Translations under genes and position numbers: made by a program
The notes under the pieces: generated by a model
Database searches by the model: none
What the model was told of the DNA's origin: nothing
Seen by the model: the letters and a program-made list of their open reading frames with translations, nothing else
Part shown: positions 8,481 to 18,012 of the stretch, one piece after another
How the letters are laid out: each line of letters opens with the position of its first letter
Numbering within the stretch: the first letter of the stretch is position 1
IMG/VR virus record: IMGVR_UViG_3300021963_000069
Span: 1 to 64,000 of that record
Direction: 5' to 3' (one strand)
DNA from: a virus
Length of the DNA: 64,000 nt

Positions 8481-10196
8481 CTATACCTCTGTCTTATAAG
8501 AAAATCCATTTTTTTTCTCAAACTTAATGATACGATCAAACTTATCCTGTATTCCGTCCTTATGAGAAATGACAAAAATATTCGCACCCTTAATTACATA
8601 ACGAATAATCTTAAGAAAACTATCGGTTCCAAACTCATCCAGAGAGGAATCAAAAATCTCATCAAAGATTAATAAGTTCGTATTGCTGGAGTTTTTTAAT
8701 CTAGCGACCTCACGCCAGGCAAAAACAATCGCAAGATTAATTTTTGCCTTTTCTCCTTCACTAAAAGAACTATAAGAAAAGTCTTCGTGAATGGGTGACT
8801 TTACGGACTCATTAAACTCACTATCAAGATGGAAATTAATATAAAAATCCATCATCTGTAAGTATCGATTTACCTGCTGATTGATAAAGGGAAGATACTT
8901 TTTAATAATCTTTGTCTTTACTCCATCATCTTTAAGAAGAGAATAGGCAAAATCATAATGAACGATTTCTTCTTTTTTACTCGAAAGGTCATCATATGTT
9001 TTTTGGAGATTTTCTCTAAACTCTTCTAACTTCTCGTGTTCAGTATTTCTATTTTTAAGTTGTTCGGTAAGAGTTTGAATTTCAGATTCAAGGTCTCGTA
9101 TTTGTCTCTGATTGATAGAAATTCGAGTATTGTTTTGAGAAATATCATGGTTGAGTCTTGTAATCTCCTTGGATAAAGCGATAAATTGACGCTCTCTTTC
9201 TCCCTCATATTTCATAGTCTCCTCAAGTTCCCTAAAACCTTTTTGGAGTTCTTTTGCCTTATTTTGAGAGTCGTCAATTCTATTTAATCTAAACTCCTCT
9301 TCTATGGTTTGGGTACAGGTGGGGCAAACCGTATTTTGTGAGAAAAACTTATGCTCTTTAGTAATCACCGATACTTTTTGAGAGATTTTACCCTTGAGAT
9401 TATTAAGTTTCACTAACTTTTCGGAGGCACCACTCACCTCTTCCTGTTCTTTACAATACTTAAAAATATCCTCCTCAATTCTGGCGTTCGCAATCATATG
9501 AATGCCAACCTCGGCATCCAACTTGGTAATCTTTTCTTTATTGACATTTATATTAGCATTACCACGATTCTCAAGTTCGTCAATAAATCTCTTCTGCATG
9601 ATGACCTTATCGTCCAGATTTTGTTTCCTCAATTCGAGAGATTTTATTTCATCCTTTTTGGAGCGTATTTTTTCCTTAATGATAGTATTCATCACGGAAA
9701 ATATTCTTATATCCAAAAGGTCCTCAATCACCTCACGACGATGTGCCGTTGTAAGTTGCATAAAAGGAACAAAGGTGCTACTACCCAAAATTACAATTTG
9801 AGTAAAACTTCTATAGTTTAGTTTAAGGATATTCTCTTCTAGTACTTTTTGATTTAACCGGTCATCAGATTCCTTATGAAGAGGAGAACCATTCACTTCG
9901 ATATCAAAAATATTTGGTTTGATTCCACGCCTTACCAGATATTCGCGATTATTTACAGAAAACTCAATTTCGACTAAACAATCCTTTTCATTAGTCGTAT
10001 TGATAAGTTGATTCTTATTAATTTTACGAAATGCCCGATTAAAAAGAACAAATGTAAGAGCGTCTATTACTGAACTTTTTCCATTTCCATTTGCGCCAAC
10101 AATAATGTTTGTTTGGTTTTTCTCAAAATCAATTTCTGTAAATTGATTGGGAGATGAAAGAAAGTTCTTATATCTAATCTTGTGAAATACTATCAT
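8481..10196 (-). CDS. g46: Recombination endonuclease subunit, SbcC/Rad50-like
   Basis: GANGNGKS, CPTC zinc hook, FSEGE signature and LIFDE. Confidence 0.95.
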   Translation of the reverse strand: MIVFHKIRYKNFLSSPNQFTEIDFEKNQTNIIVGANGNGKSSVIDALTFVLFNRAFRKINKNQLINTTNEKDCLVEIEFSVNNREYLVRRGIKPNIFDIEVNGSPLHKESDDRLNQKVLEENILKLNYRSFTQIVILGSSTFVPFMQLTTAHRREVIEDLLDIRIFSVMNTIIKEKIRSKKDEIKSLELRKQNLDDKVIMQKRFIDELENRGNANINVNKEKITKLDAEVGIHMIANARIEEDIFKYCKEQEEVSGASEKLVKLNNLKGKISQKVSVITKEHKFFSQNTVCPTCTQTIEEEFRLNRIDDSQNKAKELQKGFRELEETMKYEGERERQFIALSKEITRLNHDISQNNTRISINQRQIRDLESEIQTLTEQLKNRNTEHEKLEEFRENLQKTYDDLSSKKEEIVHYDFAYSLLKDDGVKTKIIKKYLPFINQQVNRYLQMMDFYINFHLDSEFNESVKSPIHEDFSYSSFSEGEKAKINLAIVFAWREVARLKNSSNTNLLIFDEIFDSSLDEFGTDSFLKIIRYVIKGANIFVISHKDGIQDKFDRIIKFEKKNGFSYKTEV

Positions 10197-10455
10197 TTTT
10201 AGGAGGAATTACAATATCATCAGGAGTAATTACAGTATACTTGTAGTTGTAGGTTTTACAAGTCTTTATCGCCAGTTCATCATCAACTTCTATCACATCC
10301 ATCTCTTTCTCATAATCTTCATCATACTCAAGCATCATAGCATAACGAGTGGCATCGTCCTCATCCTCAAAGAGAAATAAGACCTTTTCTCCATATCTAT
10401 CTTGAACGGCATATGCTCCGTCATCTCTTCGATCTTTAAGTGTGAGAAGATACAT
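10174..10455 (-). CDS. DUF3110-like protein
   Basis: GAYAV...VLFLFEDEDDATRYA.MLE. Lies between g47 and g46. Start moved to the ATG at 10455. Confidence 0.65.
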   Translation of the reverse strand: MYLLTLKDRRDDGAYAVQDRYGEKVLFLFEDEDDATRYAMMLEYDEDYEKEMDVIEVDDELAIKTCKTYNYKYTVITPDDIVIPPKNDSISQD

Positions 10456-10456
10456 T

Positions 10457-11497
10457 TTACTCGATTTCGCAAGATTGCTGATATAAATCTTGAAATATGC
10501 CTTTAATGACATTCTTATCAAAATTACATTCTGATTCGTCAATATAACGATTTAGAATTGAAATAGTATTTTCTTCTTCATCAATTACAAAGTCTTCATT
10601 TTCCTGAATGTCAAAGTTTTCAACAATTTTTAGGTCCTGAATACCTACCTTATAGAGTTTGTCAATAAACTTATCAAACTCTTTTTGTTTTGATTTTTTA
10701 CGGACAATTACCTTAACAATTTTATTCGCATACTCCGTGACATCAAACATTTGATGTGGAGTGTCTTCATAATAAATGTTATAGAATAATTTATAAGGAT
10801 TATTAATTGGAGTGTGCTCTAAAGTTTCAGTATCAAAGATATGAAATCCACGAGTATCATTTACATCCGTCCAGTACATTTCATAAGGATTACCAAGATA
10901 GAAGATGCGTCCATTATCAGAACGAGTATGGTAATGACCAGAAAATACCTTTTGGAACTTTGTAAAAATATTCGGGTCCAGTCCATGTTCCTCCATTATA
11001 AGATGTTTATTTACACGAAATCCCTGTAGTTCCAAATGCCCCATCGCAATCTTTGCCTTGGACTTCTTTATGACTTTTAGTGTTTCATCATAGTTTTCAC
11101 TACAAATCCACGGAATAAAGGTCATATCAATACCACCAACTTTTGTATTTGTTGGAGAACTATAGGTTTTGATATTTGGATAGTCCTTAAGAAGAAGTTC
11201 TGGTGCGTTTATTTCTGTGGAATTACGAAGGAAGATGTCGTGATTACCCACAATCATATGAACCTCATACTTACGAAGAGGTTCCAATACAACTCTTCTG
11301 GTCCAGTCTAATCCCCAGAAATCAATACTTTTGCGATTATCAAAAGCATCTCCCATATGAACGACTATTTCTACTCCCTGTTCTTCTAAAGTGGGAAAGA
11401 AAATATTCTTATAGAATAACTCAAAATAATCGTGAAGATGTCTTGAGGATTTTCGGGCAGTCCAATGGGTGTCCGTCAGGCAAGATATGCGGGTCAT
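10457..11497 (-). CDS. g47: Recombination nuclease, SbcD/Mre11-like
   Basis: Metallophosphoesterase motifs TDTH, GDAFD, GNHD and SGHYH. Confidence 0.95.
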   Translation of the reverse strand: MTRISCLTDTHWTARKSSRHLHDYFELFYKNIFFPTLEEQGVEIVVHMGDAFDNRKSIDFWGLDWTRRVVLEPLRKYEVHMIVGNHDIFLRNSTEINAPELLLKDYPNIKTYSSPTNTKVGGIDMTFIPWICSENYDETLKVIKKSKAKIAMGHLELQGFRVNKHLIMEEHGLDPNIFTKFQKVFSGHYHTRSDNGRIFYLGNPYEMYWTDVNDTRGFHIFDTETLEHTPINNPYKLFYNIYYEDTPHQMFDVTEYANKIVKVIVRKKSKQKEFDKFIDKLYKVGIQDLKIVENFDIQENEDFVIDEEENTISILNRYIDESECNFDKNVIKGIFQDLYQQSCEIE

Positions 11498-12015
11498 CGA
11501 TTTCCGTTTCTATACTGAATGGCATCTTTCATACTATTGAACTCTGAATTGTTTCCAGAAAGCAATCCATCATCTACAGTCATAACCTCATCAAACCCAG
11601 TTTTTTCAATAATCTTGGTTTTTATTTCCAGTTGTCTTTTCTCCTTTTGTATTCTTCTCAAAAAGGCATAATGTATAATTTGAGTAAAATACGCAAAAGG
11701 GTTGGTAGATTTCTCTGGGTCAAAATTATGAATATACTGAACGGAGTTTTCTATTCCATCAGAAATCATATCCTCTCTAAACATATAATTTACAAAGTTT
11801 GGTTTATATGATAAGTGAGTTGCTATTTTAAGAAAACATTCTCCAATATAATTTGGAATAAGTGGTTTTCCTTCCCATGGTTTAGATTTTGGAGGATACT
11901 CATCATATTTTTCATAATATTCTTGAGCAGCCTTCTTTACCTTATTACGATAAACAATAATAGCGTCTAATAACTCTCTATTATTCACATAATGTTCGGA
12001 GTTCTTCTTTGGCAT
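11494..12015 (-). CDS. g55: Late sigma factor
   Basis: HYVNN, YIGECFLKIA, NFDPEKSTNPFAYFTQI and AFLRRIQKEK. Confidence 0.95.
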   Translation of the reverse strand: MPKKNSEHYVNNRELLDAIIVYRNKVKKAAQEYYEKYDEYPPKSKPWEGKPLIPNYIGECFLKIATHLSYKPNFVNYMFREDMISDGIENSVQYIHNFDPEKSTNPFAYFTQIIHYAFLRRIQKEKRQLEIKTKIIEKTGFDEVMTVDDGLLSGNNSEFNSMKDAIQYRNGNR

Positions 12016-12042
12016 GAAATGTATCTTTAATAAGTTATGTTT

Positions 12043-12103
12043 ATTCTATCACATTCTTGAAAGATTCACAAGGCTTGACAAGTATGGAAAATGTCTGTAG
12101 AAT
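12043..12103. promoter_or_regulatory. Back-to-back sigma70-type promoters: minus strand TTGTGA-N17-TAGAAT (g55) and plus strand TTGACA-N17-TAGAAT (antisense)
   Basis: Minus strand hexamers at 12071-12066 and 12048-12043. Plus strand hexamers at 12075-12080 and 12098-12103. Confidence 0.7.
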
Positions 12104-12156
12104 AGGTTTGTTCCGTTTGAGAGTAGGGTGTAAGTAAGCTTAAAGAGATTAAAGTT

Positions 12157-12564
12157 TTATATGGGATTTTGATTGTTCCTATACATCTTTTCTAACTTAT
12201 TACGAGCATCTTTGACTGAATCGATATATCCCATTTTAGAATCCAATTCTACCTTACCTCCTGGTTGATATTCTTCGGTAGAGTTATTTACATAATAATC
12301 ATATAAATCAATAATTCTTTTATTTTTAGTTTCAGTCATGGTGATTACCTTATCTAACTTAATAAAAAAAATATCATCATCGGCAATCTCCATCCAAGGT
12401 TTCATCTTAACGTATGTCTCATGAGTTGGAGTATCAAGCATTTTCATAACTACTGGATTTTGTAATATTATAATAGGGTCCCCATCATTCTCATCTATGG
12501 AAATAAGAGACATTATTTCCTCTGAAGAGACCAATTTAATTATACAATAAAACTCCTTTTCCAT
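12157..12564 (-). CDS. Conserved hypothetical protein between uvsW and g55 (possible Sm-like fold)
   Basis: IIKLVSSEEIM...NPV...KPWM pattern and synteny. Confidence 0.6.
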   Translation of the reverse strand: MEKEFYCIIKLVSSEEIMSLISIDENDGDPIIILQNPVVMKMLDTPTHETYVKMKPWMEIADDDIFFIKLDKVITMTETKNKRIIDLYDYYVNNSTEEYQPGGKVELDSKMGYIDSVKDARNKLEKMYRNNQNPI

Positions 12565-14027
12565 TAGTTTTTTAGAGGTATGTTTATAATTTCATAGTTA
12601 AAGTTTTCTTCATTATAGATCTTGATCCTTTCAATTAGATGATTGAGCGTATAATTTTTTCTTGACTTATAACTAATATCATCGGCAATATCATATAGAG
12701 TTGCTTTTACTTTATTTTCTCCTTTTCTTAAAACTCTTCCAATTGATTGGAGATTTCGTATTCTTGATTTACTTGGTGAGGCAAAAATCACATTATGTAG
12801 ATTTTTAATGTTAATTCCCGTACTGAAAGTTCCGTATGATGCCACAATAATCGCATTATTCTCTCTCTCGGTAATTTCCCTAACTAATTCTCTCTCATCA
12901 GTATTTACACCACCATGTATAAAGAAAACTTTACGGTCATCAGTAGTATTGCTATTTATTGATTCGTAAAGAGGTTGCCCGTGCCCTTCTACTCTAGCGA
13001 AAAGAACAAGAGTATTTCCCTTTAAGTCTAATGTTAGATTTTTAATGAAGTTGTTTCTCTTTTGATGATTAATAATATACTGGACCTCATCCTCAAATAC
13101 CTCAAATCGATGTGGTGGGTGCTTCAGTAGAAGAACCTTAATATCTAATTTAGCAAGATGACCTTTCTGCATCAGTTCATCTGTTTTGATAATCTTATAC
13201 GAAGGACCAAAGAGACCCTCAAGAACCCACTTATGAGTTTGAGAACCATCAAGTGTTCCGGTAAATCCAAAACGATACTTTGCGTCACAAAGTTTAGTCA
13301 TTATGGATATTAATGACTTGGACTTAAACTGATGTGCCTCATCTCCAACAACAACATTAAATCTGGAAAAGTATTGCTTGGGAAGTTTATAAATGGACTG
13401 CCAAGTAGTAATAATGACTTGAGAATCAGTTTCTCTTTCTTTTCCTGCGTAGATTTTATGACAGTACGAACCAACATCCCATCCATAATCCGCAAAATCT
13501 TTATACATTTGTTCCACGAGAGAAGTGGTTGGAACAACTATTAGAGTATTTTGTTCTTTCTCCACATAATATCTTACAATAGCGTATATCATTAACGACT
13601 TTCCAGAAGCAGTTGGAGATATTAATAACTTTCGATTATGTCTTAAGGCATCATATACTCCCTCAACCTGATAATCACGAGGAGCATGTCTGCTAATCGC
13701 CGTCATATAATCCTTCACACCTTCCTTTGAGATGTTCTCATTTATCTCAAAAGGAAGACCATAGAACTTATTGTCCGTGAATTCATAGGTATAATTATGA
13801 TCCTTACAGAACTGAATTACTCTATCTAAAAGACCAATATAGATTTCTCTTGTATCTACATTAAACAAATAGATGAATCCGTCCCACCACTTATTCTTAT
13901 AAGCAGGTGAAAACTTTGCGTTTGGAACTTCAAATTGAAATGCGTCTTTCAATTCATAGTAGATATGAGGTTCTGCCTCTATTTGCAGATAGACCTCATT
14001 CTTCTTTGATATCACCAAATGAGACAT
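12564..14027 (-). CDS. uvsW: UvsW RNA-DNA/DNA helicase
   Basis: SPTASGKS, DEAH, FTGT and QSIGRVLR. Confidence 0.95.
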   Translation of the reverse strand: MSHLVISKKNEVYLQIEAEPHIYYELKDAFQFEVPNAKFSPAYKNKWWDGFIYLFNVDTREIYIGLLDRVIQFCKDHNYTYEFTDNKFYGLPFEINENISKEGVKDYMTAISRHAPRDYQVEGVYDALRHNRKLLISPTASGKSLMIYAIVRYYVEKEQNTLIVVPTTSLVEQMYKDFADYGWDVGSYCHKIYAGKERETDSQVIITTWQSIYKLPKQYFSRFNVVVGDEAHQFKSKSLISIMTKLCDAKYRFGFTGTLDGSQTHKWVLEGLFGPSYKIIKTDELMQKGHLAKLDIKVLLLKHPPHRFEVFEDEVQYIINHQKRNNFIKNLTLDLKGNTLVLFARVEGHGQPLYESINSNTTDDRKVFFIHGGVNTDERELVREITERENNAIIVASYGTFSTGINIKNLHNVIFASPSKSRIRNLQSIGRVLRKGENKVKATLYDIADDISYKSRKNYTLNHLIERIKIYNEENFNYEIINIPLKN

Positions 14028-14051
14028 TCATAAAGTATCAGTTATGAGTAT

Positions 14052-14693
14052 TTATTTGGTATTTTTAGAGGGCGAAACTTTTGCTGTAACTGGTGGTGGT
14101 TTAACTTGCATATAAACCATTCTTTTACCCCAATCTTTTGGAGTTATATTTTTTCCCGCAACATCTTTTGTGATTTGTGGAGAAACGTCGAATGAAACAT
14201 CTCTATTTACATTACCTGTTCTACCAAAATCTCCAACATCATTAATTTTTGCCTTTGTTTCCCTTGTTCTTGTTCCTTGAGGTTCTGCAGTTACTCTTAG
14301 TGTTGATCCATAAGGTATTGATGGTTTTCCTTCCTTTCCTTTTGGTGCCTGTCCTTCTTTATACTTAAACGGTACAGCAGCATTTCTTGTAGTCCAATTG
14401 TGTGGGTCTCCAGTTGCGGTTACTGTGTTTGGAGTAAATGCATCTCCGGGAGCATAAACACTTGCTTTTACTGGTTTCCAACCGTACCTTTTTTGTTCCG
14501 GACCGGTATGTGCTCTTGGAGTAAATCTACCTGTCGTTTTATTTAATTCACCAGGTTTATAATTTTTATATGCTAGAACTCTAGTATCAGGTTTTGGACT
14601 TGGTTTTGCTACCTGCGGTTTTGGTTTCGGCGCAAATGGATTCCAAAACTCTTGGATATTCGCATCAATACAAAACTCCTTAAATGTCTTCAT
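14052..14693 (-). CDS. Putative virion-internal protein with a C-terminal RlpA-like double-psi beta-barrel
   Basis: N-terminal MKTFKEF, then ASVY...TATGD...AAVP...IPYGSTLRVT...INDVG...FDVS. Confidence 0.55.
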   Translation of the reverse strand: MKTFKEFCIDANIQEFWNPFAPKPKPQVAKPSPKPDTRVLAYKNYKPGELNKTTGRFTPRAHTGPEQKRYGWKPVKASVYAPGDAFTPNTVTATGDPHNWTTRNAAVPFKYKEGQAPKGKEGKPSIPYGSTLRVTAEPQGTRTRETKAKINDVGDFGRTGNVNRDVSFDVSPQITKDVAGKNITPKDWGKRMVYMQVKPPPVTAKVSPSKNTK

Positions 14694-14709
14694 CGGGTTT
14701 TATTTTTAT

Positions 14710-15474
14710 TTAGTTTGCCATCATATCACCAGATCCGGCAGCGCCAGGTCTAAATGATCTAGGAAGTCCAGATCTTTCAGATGCGGAACGTGGTAAAATA
14801 TTTCCGCTAGATGTTCCAGCGTTTCCAGATCTACTTGTAGATCCACCACCTCCTCTTGATCCTGGTTTTGATTGTGCTTTTGGTTTTGGTAAAGGTTTAG
14901 TTGGAGTAACTGCGGACCTCATTACATCAAATGGGTTGTCTCCGGTAGTAACTCCACGTTCAGTTTGCCTCGCAAGTTTTGATCCTTTTGGTGTAGAACC
15001 TGGTCCAGAAAATCCTGCGGCCGCTGCTCTTTGGTCTCTAATTTTTGGTGTTAATGGAGTATTTGTTCTACTGGTTAGACTATTAGTTGGTGGAGTAGAT
15101 CTACTTCTAACAGGTATTGGAACTTCTCTACGTGTAAATGGCACGTTTCTATTGGCGTCTCTTTCATTGTATCTACGAACTATTTCTCTACTTGTAATAC
15201 GTTCTCTTTCTTGTGGTGAAATCCTTACAGGGTCTCCACTTCTAGTTGGAACTCCACTGCCTCCTGATCCTCTTCTGGTACTTGATCGTTCTGGATATGT
15301 ACCACTTGTTCTTTGTTTGGCATTTCTTTCTAAATTCATTAAAACAGTCAAAGAAGGTTGTCCTTGAGGTAAAACACTAAAATCTCTTCTACTGTCCATT
15401 CTTTGTCTAGCAACATCTGCCAACCTTGCCGAAGTTGCTCCTGCTTCTAAAATAAATTCTCGAAAAGTCTTCAT
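14710..15474 (-). CDS. Basic, low-complexity putative internal head protein
   Basis: Starts MKTFREFILEA behind AAGGA. Rich in R, S, G and P. Confidence 0.55.
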   Translation of the reverse strand: MKTFREFILEAGATSARLADVARQRMDSRRDFSVLPQGQPSLTVLMNLERNAKQRTSGTYPERSSTRRGSGGSGVPTRSGDPVRISPQERERITSREIVRRYNERDANRNVPFTRREVPIPVRSRSTPPTNSLTSRTNTPLTPKIRDQRAAAAGFSGPGSTPKGSKLARQTERGVTTGDNPFDVMRSAVTPTKPLPKPKAQSKPGSRGGGGSTSRSGNAGTSSGNILPRSASERSGLPRSFRPGAAGSGDMMAN

Positions 15475-15491
15475 TTCCTTTTTATTTTTAT

Positions 15492-15926
15492 TTAGTTGTA
15501 TCCAGCGGTGAACTTGTGCCAATCTATAGCATTCTTGATGGAGTAATTTCTGTTCGTAATCATTTTAATCACTTCCTCCAAAAACTTAAGTATCACATCA
15601 TAATACCTTATCTTTAGATCAATTTTATTCAATCTCTCATCGGCGTCCATATGCCTCTGTAGTGCCTCTTTATCTCTTACCTTATACGGGAATGGTTCTT
15701 CCGCATATACCTCCGCTGTTGCCTTTCCTGTGTAGTAGTTGTAGCGGTCTAACTTAACTTTATTATAAGTCTCTCTCGCTTTTTCACGAAGAAGAATTGT
15801 GGTGTTGTATATTGTATAATACTTGGAATGAAGTTGAGGTATTTTTAGTGATTCATCGTGTAAATTATCTGGGTCTATGACAGAATCTCTCTGCCACATT
15901 TCTTGCACTTCATCAAGACTCATCAT
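15492..15926 (-). CDS. uvsY: Recombination mediator UvsY
   Basis: IPQLHSKYY...YYTGKA...RNYSIKNAIDW. Confidence 0.9.
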   Translation of the reverse strand: MMSLDEVQEMWQRDSVIDPDNLHDESLKIPQLHSKYYTIYNTTILLREKARETYNKVKLDRYNYYTGKATAEVYAEEPFPYKVRDKEALQRHMDADERLNKIDLKIRYYDVILKFLEEVIKMITNRNYSIKNAIDWHKFTAGYN

Positions 15927-16477
15927 AAGGGTTTGTTGTTTTTATCTAGAATGTTATAGATAGTATACTTGAAAATTACGTCCGCTGTAAAGTATTGAAT
16001 ATCAGTTTGAGTCGCATCAAACTCTAAAGAACTTAAAGAAATTGGATACAAATCCTTAAACTTAACTACAGCAGTTGTATTATAATTGCTGTTTAGAATA
16101 AAAAGACTTCCATCACTAAACGCACTCTTTGGATCTTGAGATTGTGTAATATCATTATCAATTGTAATTAGATCTTTATATTGCTGTGCCGTTTCTGGAA
16201 AACCAAGTCCATATAACCACTTATGAACTGACATATAATTTTCCATATTCTCATCGACCATAAATCTCAAACTTAAATCGCCAAAAGTGATCTTATCTCC
16301 GGGAACATCAATATCCTTGAGATATGTAGGTTGGAGATTTGTCGATAGTGTTATTTCCGGTATTCTTGCCGTATTACAGAAAAAAACAATTTTTGGATCT
16401 TTTGCTAATGTAAACTTAAATCCAACCGGAGACAGAAAGTTTCTATTGTCAATTTGACCGGGAAAAGAGCAAGCCAT
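15923..16477 (-). CDS. g3: Tail completion / tube terminator protein
   Basis: NFLSPVGFKF, IDVPGDK, F.VDE.MENY and YPISLS.LEF. Follows g23. Confidence 0.85.
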   Translation of the reverse strand: MACSFPGQIDNRNFLSPVGFKFTLAKDPKIVFFCNTARIPEITLSTNLQPTYLKDIDVPGDKITFGDLSLRFMVDENMENYMSVHKWLYGLGFPETAQQYKDLITIDNDITQSQDPKSAFSDGSLFILNSNYNTTAVVKFKDLYPISLSSLEFDATQTDIQYFTADVIFKYTIYNILDKNNKPL

Positions 16478-16506
16478 TTTTTATTTGTATTTAGATTAAT
16501 TAGCAT

Positions 16507-16531
16507 AAAAAAGACCCCCCGAAGGAGGTCT
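16507..16531 (-). terminator. Intrinsic terminator after g23 (UUCG tetraloop)
   Basis: Minus strand reads agacctcc-TTCG-gggggtct followed by a T run. Confidence 0.85.
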
Positions 16532-16553
16532 GTTAGTTCTATGTAAAATAATT

Positions 16554-17963
16554 TTACATAAGATTTGCGACTTTGACTCTCCTGTAGTACACATTAGAGT
16601 TGGTGGTTAGAGCACCTTGTCCCGCATTAAGACCTTCAGCAAAAGGATTGGCGACCATGCCGTAGCGAGTCTTAAATCCAATTTTTGGTTGGAAGGTGTC
16701 CTGACCAACGGCGCGAACCATTTGGAGAGGAACATAAGGACAATAGAAGAGACCAGCATCATAAGCACTGGAACCCTTATAACCAACAACGTAGAACTGA
16801 TTAGGTGATACGTTAGCAGAATAAGGATCGATATATACACGATACTTACCTTGAAGAACACCAGCAAAGGTATTGCCAGTATCATCTACGTTTAGGTTAG
16901 CATTAAGAGCGGGGGTGTAATCAAGTACACCAGCCATTGCGAGCGCAGAAGCAACGTCAGCGGAGCAAAGGATCATATTGCCCTTTCCTCTACGAGTTTG
17001 CTGGGCGATAGCGTTAGCATCTCTTTCAATCTGGAAAATAAGACCCTTGAACTTCTCAACGGACCAACGACCATTTGAGTCAACATCAAGGTCAAAAGTA
17101 CCAGAAGTGGCAACGTTTGCCTGAGCACCTGGCTTGGCAATCTTATAAACGGTACGAATGACTTCGCGGTTAATTTCGGCAAGAATCTCTGTGGAGAGAA
17201 GATTTGCGAGTTCCGCTTCAGCATTCAATCCGTGAATTGCCTTCAGGTCTTGAGCGAGCTCAAGGCTGTATTCTGCTTTTAGAGCGCGGCTCTTGGCAGT
17301 TACAGTAACTTTCTCAATCGAGAAAGCCATTTCGTTGAAGGATGAACCAGAGTCTCCGAGAGCTTCGGAATCGGCTGTATTCATACCTTGACCAACGTTA
17401 TATTGGTCGGCGCCAACTCCGGCGTTAGCCTGTTGTGCAGTGGAACTATTTCCGGCGGCAAGAATAGATGGGTTGGTTCCACTACCTTGTGCAGTAGTAC
17501 CCATACCAACGGAAGCACCGGTAAATCCACCGGTTAGATTACGTTGTGCGTTTTGACCGGAGAAAGCAGAATCAACTTCGTTGTAGAAGGTCTCTGCACC
17601 GCTCTGACTGGTATAACGTGAGCGCATCGCAAAGATAAGTCCGGTAGGACCGTTCATTGGTTGAACGCCACAAAGATCATAAGCAATCAGATTAGGCATT
17701 GAGCGTCTGATTAGAGAAATCAGAACTGGGTCGAAACCTGCAACTTGTGAACTGCCGCCGCCAGGAGCTGTGGCAGGTGAAAAACCTGCGTTGGTTGGTG
17801 ATTCGTAAAGAAACTCGTGTGACTCACGGAGTTCTTTTTCTTGATTTTCTAGCAGGATAGCAGTTACCGATCTACGATGTGAATCTTTGATTTCATCGAG
17901 TCCTTGATAGTCAAGGATTGGTGCCCACTTCTCCTGCAATTGTTCTGCATTGAACATTTGCAT
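16554..17963 (-). CDS. g23: Major capsid protein
   Basis: GVQPMNGPTGLIFAMR, ELAQDLKAIHGL and YCPYVPLQM. Confidence 0.98.
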   Translation of the reverse strand: MQMFNAEQLQEKWAPILDYQGLDEIKDSHRRSVTAILLENQEKELRESHEFLYESPTNAGFSPATAPGGGSSQVAGFDPVLISLIRRSMPNLIAYDLCGVQPMNGPTGLIFAMRSRYTSQSGAETFYNEVDSAFSGQNAQRNLTGGFTGASVGMGTTAQGSGTNPSILAAGNSSTAQQANAGVGADQYNVGQGMNTADSEALGDSGSSFNEMAFSIEKVTVTAKSRALKAEYSLELAQDLKAIHGLNAEAELANLLSTEILAEINREVIRTVYKIAKPGAQANVATSGTFDLDVDSNGRWSVEKFKGLIFQIERDANAIAQQTRRGKGNMILCSADVASALAMAGVLDYTPALNANLNVDDTGNTFAGVLQGKYRVYIDPYSANVSPNQFYVVGYKGSSAYDAGLFYCPYVPLQMVRAVGQDTFQPKIGFKTRYGMVANPFAEGLNAGQGALTTNSNVYYRRVKVANLM

Positions 17964-18012
17964 TTGTTTTACCTCTGTAAAAAAGTTAGTTTGAAAATTT
18001 ATAATTTATAAT

